Part shown: piece by piece, positions 24,166-35,776 of the stretch
Position numbering within the stretch: position 1 is the first letter of the stretch
How the letters are laid out: each line of letters starts with the position of its first letter
Notes under the pieces: generated by a model
What the model saw: the letters and a program-made list of their open reading frames with translations, nothing else
What the model was told of the DNA's origin: nothing
The model's database searches: none
Program-made: the position numbers and the translations under genes
Source: Selaginella moellendorffii
Lineage: Eukaryota > Plantae > Lycopodiophyta
Assembly (NCBI RefSeq): GCF_000143415.4
Contig: NW_003314277.1
Span: 1,454,493-1,518,492 of the forward strand
Direction: 5' to 3'
Length of the DNA: 64,000 nucleotides

Positions 24166-24894
24166 ATGGACGTCAAGAGCTATGCCGAATTTCTGGAAAG
24201 GTTTTGTCGTGAAGAAGTCGTTCGCCTTACCAGCAATCAAGGGCCAGTGTCGGTGGAATCGGGACTTCGACAGGAAGAGTTTATGCGGATTTACAACGAA
24301 ACCGACGCACACAAGAGAAGTATGCTTTTCATGAAAGATCAGGGTGAGTTGCTTCTACAGTACGATTGCTCTGTCTTCCATGAGCAAGTCCGGATTTTCT
24401 GGTTCATTCAGCTCTGTAAAGCACTCACGAAAGTGGGCCTTCAGTTCGAGGGCAGAGAGAGGCTTGTCCAAATTGGCCCGGGCAGCTTGGTTGAGCTCAA
24501 CGATCGGTTACAGCAAGTTGACTTTATTGTGCTCGAACGATCCTCACAGGAACCAACGTTCCAGAACGCCCGCGTCGCAATCGTTGGTCAAGTTGTCTAC
24601 GCAAATGAGTGCATCGATAAAGTGGTGAACGACCTTGATGCTGTCACGTCTGCTGCAAATGGCGGTGCCAAGCTTGGGATAGTCATCTTTGTTCGGCCCA
24701 CGGTGGAGGAGCCGCTCGTAGTGTGGATCAAGGAGAGAGGATTAGAAACTCAGCGAGTTGAAGTCTCCGACGGTGCAGTGCGGCTCGACTGGTTCAAACT
24801 CTTCGACGAGCCCGAGATTAGATCCCAGATTATTCCTCCTGGAATCTCCGAAATAAGCATGGCAGCGGCCGCGGACTTCATCCGTGGCATCTGA
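24166..24894 (+). CDS. Intronless 242-aa Uma2/DUF820-like restriction-endonuclease-fold protein with altered catalytic motif
   Basis: EEF…GELLLQYDCSVFHEQ, G..…RLQQVDFIV, AIVGQVVY, GAKLGIVIFV, LVVW and terminal LF…I.M. The order and spacing match Uma2-like REases, and it aligns with the adjacent minus-strand paralog. Confidence 0.65.
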   Translation: MDVKSYAEFLERFCREEVVRLTSNQGPVSVESGLRQEEFMRIYNETDAHKRSMLFMKDQGELLLQYDCSVFHEQVRIFWFIQLCKALTKVGLQFEGRERLVQIGPGSLVELNDRLQQVDFIVLERSSQEPTFQNARVAIVGQVVYANECIDKVVNDLDAVTSAANGGAKLGIVIFVRPTVEEPLVVWIKERGLETQRVEVSDGAVRLDWFKLFDEPEIRSQIIPPGISEISMAAAADFIRGI

Positions 24895-24929
24895 TCGATC
24901 CATCGTTGCCAGAGGATTTTAGATTTTAC

Positions 24930-26600
24930 ATTCGCATAGCTTTCCATAGTTAATGTTCTTAATCTTGCCTGCCAGTCGAATGATCTCCAGAGTTTTGAAA
25001 AGCTCGTCATAGCCACGTTGTATGAGCTGCCACCACGTTTCTGGTTATGGCTAGCAGGGTGCTCACACAACTTTGAACGAGAAAAGGAAGGAAAACAAAA
25101 GCTTGCCTGGACTTGTTTCTTCTCTGCAGCACATTGTTCGCAGTATCGCTGACACCTCTTTTCTCGTCTTTGCAAGCCCACAATTCCAGCGTGCTGGCTA
25201 TCACGTCGCCCATGGCGGACCGAAGTGCACCAGCCTGCCTGGAGAAATGAGCTTGCGTTGGCCTGGAGGTGTGAATCCCAATCTCGGTTTGTCCACGGAA
25301 AAGCGCTGGAGCTTTCAAACTCGTCGGGAGCTTAGCATACTCGGACGCAATATCTCCAGCAAGCCTTTCATCTTCGACTTCGCTACTTTGCATGGTTTTT
25401 CATGCGCATGGCGGTTTACTCTGTTACCTGGAGGAAAGCTCGGACATGATACTCGATGCACCGAAAGTTCCCAAGGTTGAGTGGCGCAATCTCCATATCA
25501 TCCTCCAATGCGATACAGTTGCTCGACTCGAGAATCGACTCAGAGAGATGATATGAAAGATGCTGTAGACCCCCTGATGGTTATAGTCAGCCTGTCAACT
25601 TGTTTGTTCTGGATAGTGAGCTTGTAGAGGAACTTCATGTAGTACGGCATGGCATACTCTTCTTGGGCTCCAAATCCTTCTCAGTGCACGGCAAAAAGCT
25701 GTTTCCCGCAGGCAAGCGTGGAGGGCGAGGTCGGGAGCAGTAGAGCGTATTGCCGAGAAGGTTAAGTTCCCTGAATGTTCAGCTCGAGTGGATCCCCCTC
25801 TCTTACGTGGCACTCCACGTCACGCCTGTTTAACGACTAAATATAAATTAGTAATGTTATTAACTGGTGTGTTAACGACTATAATTTCGATATAATTTAT
25901 AAGTGTGGCTTGGTTTAGGTTTTTCCTCATTGTGTTTTATTCTTATATTTTTCTTTCTTATTTTTATCATTCTCTTTAGTATTATGTCTAGATTGGAATA
26001 TATAAATCATGCTATTCTTACTTTTTCTGATTTTATTGTAATATACTAGAACAGTGATGAAGTGGCATGCCTATGTCGGCAATGAGATGGCATGCAAATC
26101 CAAATAAGCAAATGAAGCCCACCCAAGCCGTTAAAACATAAGACCCATCGCCATCGCCACCGGCAAGCCGCCACTGGGCTCTTCGATCATCGACACCAAC
26201 CTCCAAGAGCCGGCGTTCTTTTGGAGCATGAGGCAAACTTCCCACAAATAATCTTTCCGCTTACTGTCGCAACAAGAACGTTATCGCCTGTGTTGGAAGA
26301 CCTGAATTGAAGTGCTTGTAGAGAGCTTCAAAGGAAGGCTCCCGCAAAGCTGCAACTGGAAGAGGTTGCAGAACTTTCATCGAAGGTGAGAATCAAATCG
26401 GAAGCCGCTTTGAGCCACGGATCACGGATAAAACAGAAATCGATCATCACGTACCGCAAGTTGAGCATGGTTTCGCCGCTCAACAAAGCCACGCGGCTAA
26501 GCTCTCCGAACTCCTTCCCACACCCAGTTTGAGGCAATGTTAAGTCGTTCGATTCTCTTACCAAATGAGAAAAGCCTTCAAGCCGCTCCTTCATCTTGTT
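24930..26600 (-). pseudogene. Unidentified multi-exon coding-like relic, split by an AT-rich insert (~25830-26050)
   Basis: GC-richer, protein-like segments bounded by GT/GC-AG sites (MKERLEGFSHLV…, YAMPYYMKFLYKL…, ALEDDMEIAPLNLG…, EDERLAGDIASEY…, YDELFKTLEIIRL…) that need frameshifts to join. Confidence 0.35.
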
Positions 26601-26789
26601 GTTGTCATTACGTGGCGGAGCCCCGCCTTTAAAGTGCCACGCGGGCGAGATGCAACGCACTGACCAGTGTCAACGCTTTATAACGAGAAAGGGAGCTTCA
26701 AGAAAGCTCGCAGCAGCCTTGGATCGACAAAACACTCTTGACCCCCGTGATTGCTTGCGGCACGTCGTCCTGATTCTTCTGCAACTGGA

Positions 26790-28897
26790 AATTATTAATA
26801 TATAATTTATAAACATGTTTCTATTTCTAGAATATTCAGAAATATTCTTCAATTGTACTCGACTAATATATTCATGGTATATAAGCCTTGATTTTGCCAT
26901 GGATTAATACTCAAGCTTTAAATCCTTTTTGGTCTCTAAAATAAACAATTAATAAACCAAGTAACTGTGAACTAACATTAACCATTAATTACAAAACTAT
27001 GTGAAGAGCATAAAGAGGTTATTAATGGAGTAAGAAATTTCTACTTAAAAATCTTATTAACTTTTTATATTTTATGTTCTTCTCTTTAGGAACATCTATG
27101 GCACTGTGGCTAAATCTAGTGTGAAGTATATTTCACAAAGTCACTACAAAATGTTCAAATTCAACCTGATGAATATAGAGACTAATAGCATGGCATTAGT
27201 AATAATTATGAAGAAAATCAGTTCTTTTGATTGTTCTCAATATCTAGGAAAATGAGAAACAAGCAAAAAATACCTTTTAAAACCCAATAAAATCAAAGAG
27301 AAAAAAACAAAAAAATGATATAAAGAAATTAGTTATTTACTCTCTATTTTTCATGCTTTATGAATATTATTTTTTTGGGAGTCATAATTATATAGTTGCT
27401 TCTTGATTGGAATTTGAGGAGGATGCCATTATATTTCTTGAGTTTCTTTTTTTTTCATGAACATGTGGAACAAGTGAAAATTTATCACACTCAACAATGA
27501 AATTACCACATTAACAAATTAACTCTACTAACCATGATTGTGGAGTGAATAATTTCATAAAAGAACATTTAAACTATGTATTAATTTATTATCATGACAT
27601 AATTTAAAGTGGTTATTCACTTTCAATTCTATCATTCTTTTAACAAAATTATTAAAAATAAAAATATTAAAATTTAGAACAATAAATTAGGGAAAACTTT
27701 AATAAACCTTAAAATTAAAATTAAACTTGAACCATATAAGTTATAATTTTTTTTTCATTAGTTTTGCACATTCTTTCTTATTGCCAGAACACTCACAAAA
27801 AACGTTAAAATCAACAATAAATATGAACCCATAGACTAAGTGGAAAGATGTTAAATCTACCTTGATTAATCTATCAAATTCTTTTATTTAAACAAGATGC
27901 ACATATTATACAATAATTCTATATTATTTATATAAACCTTATAATACATTATCTCATAAGGTTGTTTCTTTTTGTTTTCTAAGTTATAAAGAAGAATTTT
28001 ATATTTTTCTGAATGCTTCCCAAATGGTATTGATAGGTGTTTGGTGAAGCAAATATATCAAATGAACTTCCCATTAAACAATTCTCTCTCTTTGCTTATG
28101 TGGTAGTGACTTAATATCAACCTTCTCCCATCTAGACCCTCCTAACCACACCTGTCTTCACCTGTTTTTTTGTTTTTTTCACAAATTTTATATGTAACCT
28201 AAAATATTTCATAGTTCTTGCAAATTACAATCAACTTTAACTTGTCTGGGTTTTCATATATCCCTATCAGGCATGAGATATTAATTCAAAAAAATCATTT
28301 AGGATCCATCAAGCAATTTAAACTGAAATTTATCTAAATCATATATATAATAAAAAGATAAGAATAAGTTTTTAGATTGTGAAAGGGTATGTAAATGAAA
28401 GGTATATTTAACTTTATTGGAAACATGACCCATTCAACTAGAATGAGGGTTCAAAGCACTTTAAAAGAATCTAATTACACTCATTTTTCCAATTAAAAAT
28501 TGCTCTATTGGGATGGGAGGGATCAAAGAATAATTTAGAGAATTACAAACATATATAACACACCATTGTATTATTCTATCCACACAGTTTTTATGAAAAA
28601 AATGTGTGCAGCACTTTTATCCACTCAAACATTACATAAACCATAAATACGTGTAATTTACATGGTGAATTTATAAGGGTTACTAAAGTTACAAGGTGGC
28701 AGCTAAAGATTTCATCCCAAGCATAGATGGCACTTTGAAAGGATTGAGGAAAAAAGCTTGACCACTGTGAGACTCAAGATCTGCTGCACTGCAATTGTGA
28801 AAAACTCACAATGGCATTAGTATTTATATTGCCATTTGATTATCCCTGCATTTGATTTGTGTGAATAACTATTGAGAAATTTAAATAAAATTTATTA
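26790..28897. other. AT-rich non-coding block, possibly decayed transposon or filler DNA
   Basis: Sharp drop in GC and no ORF of 60 aa or more between 26900 and 28897. No termini recognised. Confidence 0.5.
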
Positions 28898-28919
28898 TGG
28901 GTGGAAGTTCCACTTGTTT

Positions 28920-29255
28920 TCAATCCTTCTTCTGGTGTGACCCTGCGTCCGCGAGCTCCACTGCGTCAGTGGCCTCTGCGACGCCATCGTGCCTCGCAAT
29001 GCTCTTCTTGGCATCCTTGTATTCGTCCCTGAGCATCGCCTTGGCACCCTCGTCCCCACCCAAATCCTTCTTCTGCGTTAACCCCTCACTCGCGTTCTCA
29101 TACTTCTCTTTCAATTCCTGATGGGCCTCCTCCACGCCCACGCGAGGATCCGGCGATTGCATCTGCCTGAAAAGCATGAACCAAAGCAAGAATCACATCG
29201 ACATTCAGAACGGGGGAGGAGAAAACCTCGAGACTTGATCTTGTACACCCTGCAT
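28920..29255 (-). CDS. Small (~91 aa) highly hydrophilic LEA-like protein, 2 exons
   Basis: MQGVQDQVSR|QMQSPDPRVGVEEAHQELKEKY…GSHQKKD*. Rich in A/E/K/D, with no Cys or Trp. ABRE lies upstream. Confidence 0.65.
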
Positions 29256-29311
29256 GACTGCTCGGAAACGATCAAACGCTTCAAACCCTGGGTGCAAATA
29301 AATCACCCTGT

Positions 29312-29338
29312 CCTTGACACCTGGTGTACCACGTGTCA
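29312..29338 (-). promoter_or_regulatory. ABRE/G-box (GACACGTGG) plus a related GACACCTGG motif upstream of the LEA-like gene
   Basis: CCACGTGTC at ~29328-29336, about 75 nt upstream of the ATG. Confidence 0.55.
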
Positions 29339-29425
29339 GTCAGCCCATGTTGTTGTTCCATTCAAGATCAAAAGAAAGCGAGTAAAAAGTCGGGGGGGTT
29401 TTAGCTCTTTCAAAAACCCACTGGA

Positions 29426-31167
29426 TTAAAGGACAATCTTTGCCTTTTTCAGCGTCGCCGTGGTGTTGCCACCGCCACTGACGAGGCTGCCATCGCTGCC
29501 AGCAAGGTCAAGATGAGATTTAGGTCTGGAACTCGAAACCTTGGGCGGTCCAAGGCACAAGTCCAGGTCAGGGTGGTTCCCTTCTTGTTGGTTGCGCACC
29601 CTGGGCTGAAATCTTGGTTGCATCACAGCTGCTGGTGCCGGCTCCAAACATATGGGAAACATTGGTGGGAGTGAAGCCTTCTGGCTTGGGTGGTGGACGG
29701 GAGGAGAGGTAGCATTCTGAACTTGTTGCTGTGGATGATAAACCCTGTTGGGGGTCTGAAATGGTGATGGCGGTGGGTGAAATATGTGGTGCTGCTGAAG
29801 GTGGTGCAGGCATGGGTAGCTCTGATCCTTTGGGGCAGGTGGAAAAGTTGGAACAGGTGGAAATGTTGGCAATTCTTCATGAGGCTGCAACCTGAAGCTC
29901 CCCATTGGAGGAAGAAGTGGAGCTGCAAAGTGCGGACTGAAGCCACAAAGGCTCTGCTGCTGCTGCTGCTGCTGATGCTGCTTCTGGAACCTCTGGGCTT
30001 CGATTCCAGAGATTATGGAGAAGTTGACATTGGGATTTGGATTGGTGGCGGTGGTGGTGGCGGTGGCGGCGGGAAAACAAGGAGGCCGGTTTTTGGAAGG
30101 TGGTGGTGGTGGTGGTACTTCGGGCATGGAGGATGGCGGCGATGGATGAGCTTGAGCTCGAGATTTGGGCCATGGCGGTGGCGAGGAGGACTCCAAGCTC
30201 AGGAATGCCAGCGTCTGGGATTGATTGGACGAGGTGGTAATGCAGCTGGTGGTGGCGGCGGCGGAAGAGGTGGCGATGGAAGCGGCGGCGGAGGAGGAAG
30301 AAATCGATGAGGAGCAGCAGGACGTGGAGGAGGAAGAGGAGGAAGAGGAGGAGGAGGAGGAGGAGGATGAGGATGGAGACGAGGAGATAGGGTTCGTGGC
30401 GGAGCTTGTTCTTCGCAGGGACGCTCCCGAGGAGCTATTGCTGATCCTGGGCGGGCAGCTCCTCTGGCCGCGGGGATTCATCTTGGGCGCGCATCCCAGC
30501 GACAATGCAGCTGCGACCCACGAGAGAGGATGAGAAACCCATGAGCGAGGAGTGATCAGACATGGATTTGGAGCGCCCTCCCGATCGGACCGAAGCGCGC
30601 GCTATCGATCGATCGGGGAGAGGAGCATCGCCTCACCTTCCACACAGGGCTCCATGAAGGGGCCATCGCCGGCGGCCTCCTGGTCGCGGTTCTCGTCGGT
30701 TCTCCGGATCATGGTGTTGACGGCGTCGTCCAGGCGCTCCTTGAGCGTGGAAGCGTCGGCGTACTCGGCCTGGATGGATGAATCGATCGACCGACCGATA
30801 AGAATCGCGAGTCAGTGCTTGCTTGCTGGGATTGGGGCAAGGGAATCTTTCTCTCTCACCTCGGTGCGAGCTTTCGAGTAGAGAATCTCTTCCGCCCGTA
30901 GCACCACGATGGGAAGCTTTTCCTGCCATTCCTTTTTGCCGCGGGTGTCGGGCCTATGGAATTCCGTCACGATCCTGGAGGGAAGAAGATCGCCAAGAAC
31001 ACACAAGAACAGTGTGAGAGCGAGGAGAACAGAGACTTTGGAGTGGAAACCTGGGCTGTGCTCTACCTGAAAATCTCCTGCGTGAGGCTCCCGCGAAGAG
31101 CCTGGTGGGATTCGCTGTGCCACGCCCGCCGGATGCACTCGTAAGGCCTCGGCCCCGGCCGCGGCAT
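29426..31167 (-). CDS. KIX8/9-like: KIX8/KIX9-like KIX-domain adaptor with C-terminal EAR motif, 4 exons
   Basis: MPRPGPRPYECIRRAWHSESHQALRGSLTQEIFR|IV…EWQEKLPIVVLRAEEILYSKA…AEY…DAVNTMIRR…PCVEAALSLGC, and the EAR motif DLDLCLGPP. Confidence 0.92.
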
Positions 31168-32109
31168 CGATCCCGCGCGTGGATTTGCTGCTGCTGGGCT
31201 GGATTTTGCTGCTGGATGGCTTGTCCGCGAATTTGGCGCCCCAGATTCGTGGCCAATCGATCGCTCGCGATGGCTGGCTCGAGATGGGACAAGAAATGCG
31301 AAGGCGAGGGACAAGACAAGATCAGACAAGGGATGAAGCGATGGATTGCTCCATCTCTGCGCGCCACTGGCTCAATGCAGGATCGCTCCTCGATGGATTC
31401 AACATGTGCAAAATTTAAGAAATCCACGGGAGCTGTGCAGCCAAATCCTTCCTCTCTTCTCCCTTTCTCTCGCACTCTCTCGCTCTTTCACTTTCTCCTT
31501 CTTTCTAGCTCCTCTTTCGCTATCTGGCTTCTCCCCAAGACAAGCACCGGTCCCTCGTTCGATTCCGGGGACACCGACACGTTTGTTCCATGTCCCCATG
31601 TCACATCCATGGGCATGGCATGGATGCCCATCCGGGGGCTTTAACGGACGGCTGGGATTTTTTGGGTGTTATTTAGGTCAAAGATATCCCTCTATGAGTG
31701 TAGCGTGGTACACAAAGCCATGGACATTCATCACACGCACAAAGAAAGGAAAGGCCTTTCCTTCCTATCACCCCCTGCTGCCACTAAAGAGGCCCCTCTA
31801 CTTATCGCGACAAACAAGAAATATTTTAAATAATATGGCACACTGGTGTTGGGAAGTATGATGTGTTTGATCGAATAAAAATAAAACCATAGTATACTCC
31901 CCATTGTGCTTGAGTTGGGATAATGGGTCCAACACCATGGATATAAAAAAAAGATAGCATTTGTAAGGAGGGGGATCGTCTCCACGTCTTTTCAAACCTT
32001 TCCCATGGGTCCGTCACCTTTTTCTGACTTAAAAAAGGCTTAAATATGATAAAAGAGTAGATTAGTCGTTAATCAGATATCGCGACACGGACATCCAACC
32101 CCCCCAGTC

Positions 32110-32310
32110 CCCACGTGTACTAGCATATGGGACAGTACGGACATGGGCCCCCTTGGCGCGTGTGTACAGTCGGGCATGGGCCACAGCATCCCTTCGTCCA
32201 ATGCGTCCACGTGGCGCAAGCCCAGGTAGCGGACGGGGAGATTTTGACCATTTTCGCGGCCAAGTTGGCCACTTGCCGGGAAAATCCACGTGGGCTCTCA
32301 GACACGTCAG
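32110..32310. promoter_or_regulatory. Cluster of G-box/ABRE-like motifs upstream of the KIX gene
   Basis: CCACGTGTAC, CCACGTGGC, CCACGTGGG and GACACGTCA within ~200 nt. Confidence 0.45.
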
Positions 32311-32449
32311 CGGCCCCCCCGCTTTGTTTTGTTTAAAAACCCCCCCATTGGGTGTGGTGGTCCATGGAGCCAAGGGGGACGCGATGACGCGATGTAAAGA
32401 GTTTGTCTTGGTTGTACACCGTAAGGTAGCCGGCCGCGTGATCGCACAA

Positions 32450-33500
32450 AGAGAGATTCGTTCTTCGTCACTGTGTAGCCTACACGAAGAGAGAAAGCAA
32501 AGTGAGTGAGGGAGGGAGAAATAAATGAAACGAGGATGGGGGAGCTCGCCTGTTTCGATCGAGGATTGCTGGCGGTCGCGAGCACGGTGAGTAATCTGGC
32601 AGCATGAGAGATGTGATCTGCTTTTGATGGCGCTCGATCGATTCGCATAGATCTCTTTCTCCCTTAACGCGGCTCACCAAACAGCGGCCGCGGCAGCTTT
32701 CCTGAAAATCACGTAGTCAGTTCGGTCAGTTGAGTCGTGGTACTGGGAGTTTTTTCTATCTAGAAAAATACGAGGTGAAAGGAACGGAGGAAAGTGAGAG
32801 CACTAAAAACTCTGGTTTGCTTACTTGACGCTTTGTTCTTTGTTGGCACTGTTGCTGTTGATGTTGTCGATTTTAAGATCATCGGTCAGGCGGGCCTGCG
32901 GATCAAAATGGTTTTTTTCTTTTCGTTTTCCTGAAGCAAAAAAGTAAAAAGAGTGCTTGATCGAAGCAAAAGCTACTGCAAACTGCGCTACAATTGGCCT
33001 ACCTCAAGGAACGACAAATAGACCAGCAGTTAAGTCGTGGTACTGAACAGCTCAATCGTTGCGTTTATGTGCTGCGACCTTGTAGAGAGAAAAAAAGGAA
33101 ACAGTGTCACATTCAAAGGAAAGAAAAAAAAAAATTCTGAGAAAAGCCCACTATAGCTACGACAATAGATGAGCGATGAATCGTGGTACCTGAAGAGCAA
33201 GCTACGACAATAGGTGAGCGATACCTGAGGATGAAGAATAGTTATTTTTCCTTTCAAATCCGTTCTAAGGTGTCGCCGGTGCTATTCAATGAATTCTTAT
33301 ACGATCCATCAGGCCTGCAGGAGAAAAGAAGCATAAAAACGACAGAAAAGATAAGAAAATGCAAGAATTTTCTCGAGCTTCTAAGCTAGGAATTGAGAAA
33401 AACTAAGCGAGAACAAAGTAAATTTTGCCTACCTCCATGACAAGAGACTGGCAAAATCCCTGGCGCAAGGCTTGAAAAAAAAAATTTCTAAAGAAGATCC
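32450..33500 (-). ncRNA. Putative spliced lncRNA divergent from SF1
   Basis: Series of strong minus-strand donors (GTAGG, GTATC, GTAAG, GTGAG) and pyrimidine-rich acceptors, with no continuous ORF. Contains a repeated 19-mer. Confidence 0.35.
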
Positions 33501-33667
33501 ATCCCATCGCCACGGGCCGCCCTAAAATCCATCTCCGTGCGCCCTAAAATCTTTTTCAAGCCCGCCCAGAGAATATTCTCCGGGAATCGCTCCGAGTTTT
33601 AAAGACCGCCATAGATGCTAGGGCAGCGCGAAATTTAGGGCACCTTGGAAGTGGAAGAATAGGAGCG

Positions 33668-35776
33668 ATGGAGCAGCCGGCCATGGCGTACAGCACCGGC
33701 GGATGGAACGATCGATGGTATGCGCCAAGCAGCAGCCCGGAGAGCCCCCCGCCAGGTATCCAGCGGCATCACAGCCACCGTCATCACTACGGCAAGGATC
33801 GCCACAGCACGGACTCGGACTCGGATCATCACCACCACAGACACGACCGCGGCGGCTCCGTGGAGAACCAGGGCTCGGCGGAGGGTAAGAAGAGGAGGAG
33901 CCGATGGGAGCCCCAGCCGGAATCCACCGGGGAAGAGGGCGGCGGCCAAAATCCCCAGCAAAGCCAGCAGCAGCAGCTGCAACTCATCGATCCGCAGCGG
34001 CCGCCCGGCGGCGATGGCAGCGGCGCCGCCGCCCCCAAGAAGAGGAAGTCGCGATGGGCCGCGGAGGAGCCCAAGACGCTACTGGCCAATGTGAATTTGT
34101 CGAACTTCCCGACGATCGAGTGGGATCCCGAGATGCAAGCGCTCAATATCAAGGTGTTGGAGCTCAACCGGAGGCTCCAAATGGGACAGCTCTACGACGA
34201 CCGGCCCGACATGCCGAGGTCTCCATCTCCGGAGCCCATCTACGACAACATGGGCATTAGGATCAACACAAGGGAATATCGAGCTCGCGAGAAGCTGACG
34301 AAGGAGCGTCACGAGCTCATCTCCGAGATGATAAAGAAGAACCCACACTTCAAGCCGCCACCCGACTACAAACCTCCGAAGCTCCAAAAGAAGCTCTACA
34401 TCCCGTCGAAGGAGTACCCGGGGTACAACTTCATAGGACTCATCATCGGGCCTCGCGGGAACACGCAGAAGAGGATGGAGAAGGAGACTGGAGCGAAGAT
34501 CGTGATCCGCGGGAAAGGGTCTGTGAAAGAAGGAAGAACGCACCAGAAGAGGGACGTGAAGCCGGATCCGTCCGAGAACGAGGACTTGCACGTCCTGGTG
34601 GAGGCGGACACCGAGGAGGCGCTGGAGGCGGCGGCTGGGATGGTGGAGAAGCTCCTCCAGCCGGTAGAGGAGGGGCGGAACGAGCACAAGCGAGCACAGT
34701 TGCGAGAGCTGGCGGCGCTGAACGGGACGATCCGGGACGACGAGAGCTGCCGCCAGTGTGGACAGCTCGGGCACCGGCAGTACTGCTGTCCGGAGAAGAG
34801 CACGACTTTCAAGGCTGGGGTGGTGTGCGCGAAGTGTGGCGACGGCGGCCACCCGACGAGCGATTGCACGCAGCAGGGACCGGCGGTGAACAAGATGGAC
34901 GGGGAGTACCAGAAGTTCCTGGTGGAGGTGAACGCCGACGGTAGCGGCGGTGGCGGCGACGCCAGCGTCGGCCGCCACACCGGGCCGACTTTGCTTCTCG
35001 GGGGACCGAGTGGTGCTCCGGGGGGCCTGACGGCGAAGCCCAAGGACGATGATACGAACCTCTACGTGGGCTACTTGCCGGCGACGTACGATGACGAGTC
35101 CTTGAAGCGGCTCTTCTCGTCGTTTGGACAGATCGAGGAGGTGAAAGTGATCAAGGACCGAACCACCGGCGCGAGCAAAGGCTACGGGTTCGTCAAGTTC
35201 ACGGACCCGGCGGCGGCGAGCCAGGCGGTGTTTAGCATGAACGGGTGGAAGATCGAGGACAAGACGCTGGCGGTGAGGATCGCTGGCCGGCCCCCGGCTC
35301 CAGGCGCCCCGGCGGCGTATGGAATGGATGGAAGTGGCGGCGGTGGAGCCTATACGGCGTTTCCTCGGCCACCCGGGTCCATGGCGGCGCCACCACCGTG
35401 GGGTCCCGGCCCGCCGCCACCTTTCAATCCTTACGCCGCTCAGTACCCGCTGGCCCCACCGGGGACGGTCCCTCCGCCACCCTTCAACGCGTTCCCGCCG
35501 CCGGGGGTGTACGCGGTGGATCCAGCGCCGCCGCCGCCGGGTTTCTCCCCGCCGCCAGCGTCGCAAGAGTCGCAGGGAGCGGCGTCGCAGGGGTCGGAGT
35601 TCTCGGGCTCTGCGTACCATGGCTATCCTCCGCAGTACTCTGGTGGCTACTACACTGGACCGCCGCCTCCGGCTGTTCCTCCGTGGGCCACGAATGCCGC
35701 CGCGGCCGAGAACCCGCCGGCTAACCAGGTGGAGTCGGAGTACGAGCGGTTTATGTCCGAGATGAAGATGAAGTAA
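33668..35776 (+). CDS. SF1: Splicing factor 1 / branchpoint-bridging protein
   Basis: KKRRSRW ULMs, [15 protein letters not shown]2 ([32 protein letters not shown]), two CCHC knuckles, RRM (KGYGFVKF) and EYERFMSEM terminus. Confidence 0.97.
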   Translation: MEQPAMAYSTGGWNDRWYAPSSSPESPPPGIQRHHSHRHHYGKDRHSTDSDSDHHHHRHDRGGSVENQGSAEGKKRRSRWEPQPESTGEEGGGQNPQQSQQQQLQLIDPQRPPGGDGSGAAAPKKRKSRWAAEEPKTLLANVNLSNFPTIEWDPEMQALNIKVLELNRRLQMGQLYDDRPDMPRSPSPEPIYDNMGIRINTREYRAREKLTKERHELISEMIKKNPHFKPPPDYKPPKLQKKLYIPSKEYPGYNFIGLIIGPRGNTQKRMEKETGAKIVIRGKGSVKEGRTHQKRDVKPDPSENEDLHVLVEADTEEALEAAAGMVEKLLQPVEEGRNEHKRAQLRELAALNGTIRDDESCRQCGQLGHRQYCCPEKSTTFKAGVVCAKCGDGGHPTSDCTQQGPAVNKMDGEYQKFLVEVNADGSGGGGDASVGRHTGPTLLLGGPSGAPGGLTAKPKDDDTNLYVGYLPATYDDESLKRLFSSFGQIEEVKVIKDRTTGASKGYGFVKFTDPAAASQAVFSMNGWKIEDKTLAVRIAGRPPAPGAPAAYGMDGSGGGGAYTAFPRPPGSMAAPPPWGPGPPPPFNPYAAQYPLAPPGTVPPPPFNAFPPPGVYAVDPAPPPPGFSPPPASQESQGAASQGSEFSGSAYHGYPPQYSGGYYTGPPPPAVPPWATNAAAAENPPANQVESEYERFMSEMKMK

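Noticed and set aside
30225-30533. Poly-Glu ORF on + strand
   Set aside because: Antisense of the poly-Ser tract of the KIX gene.
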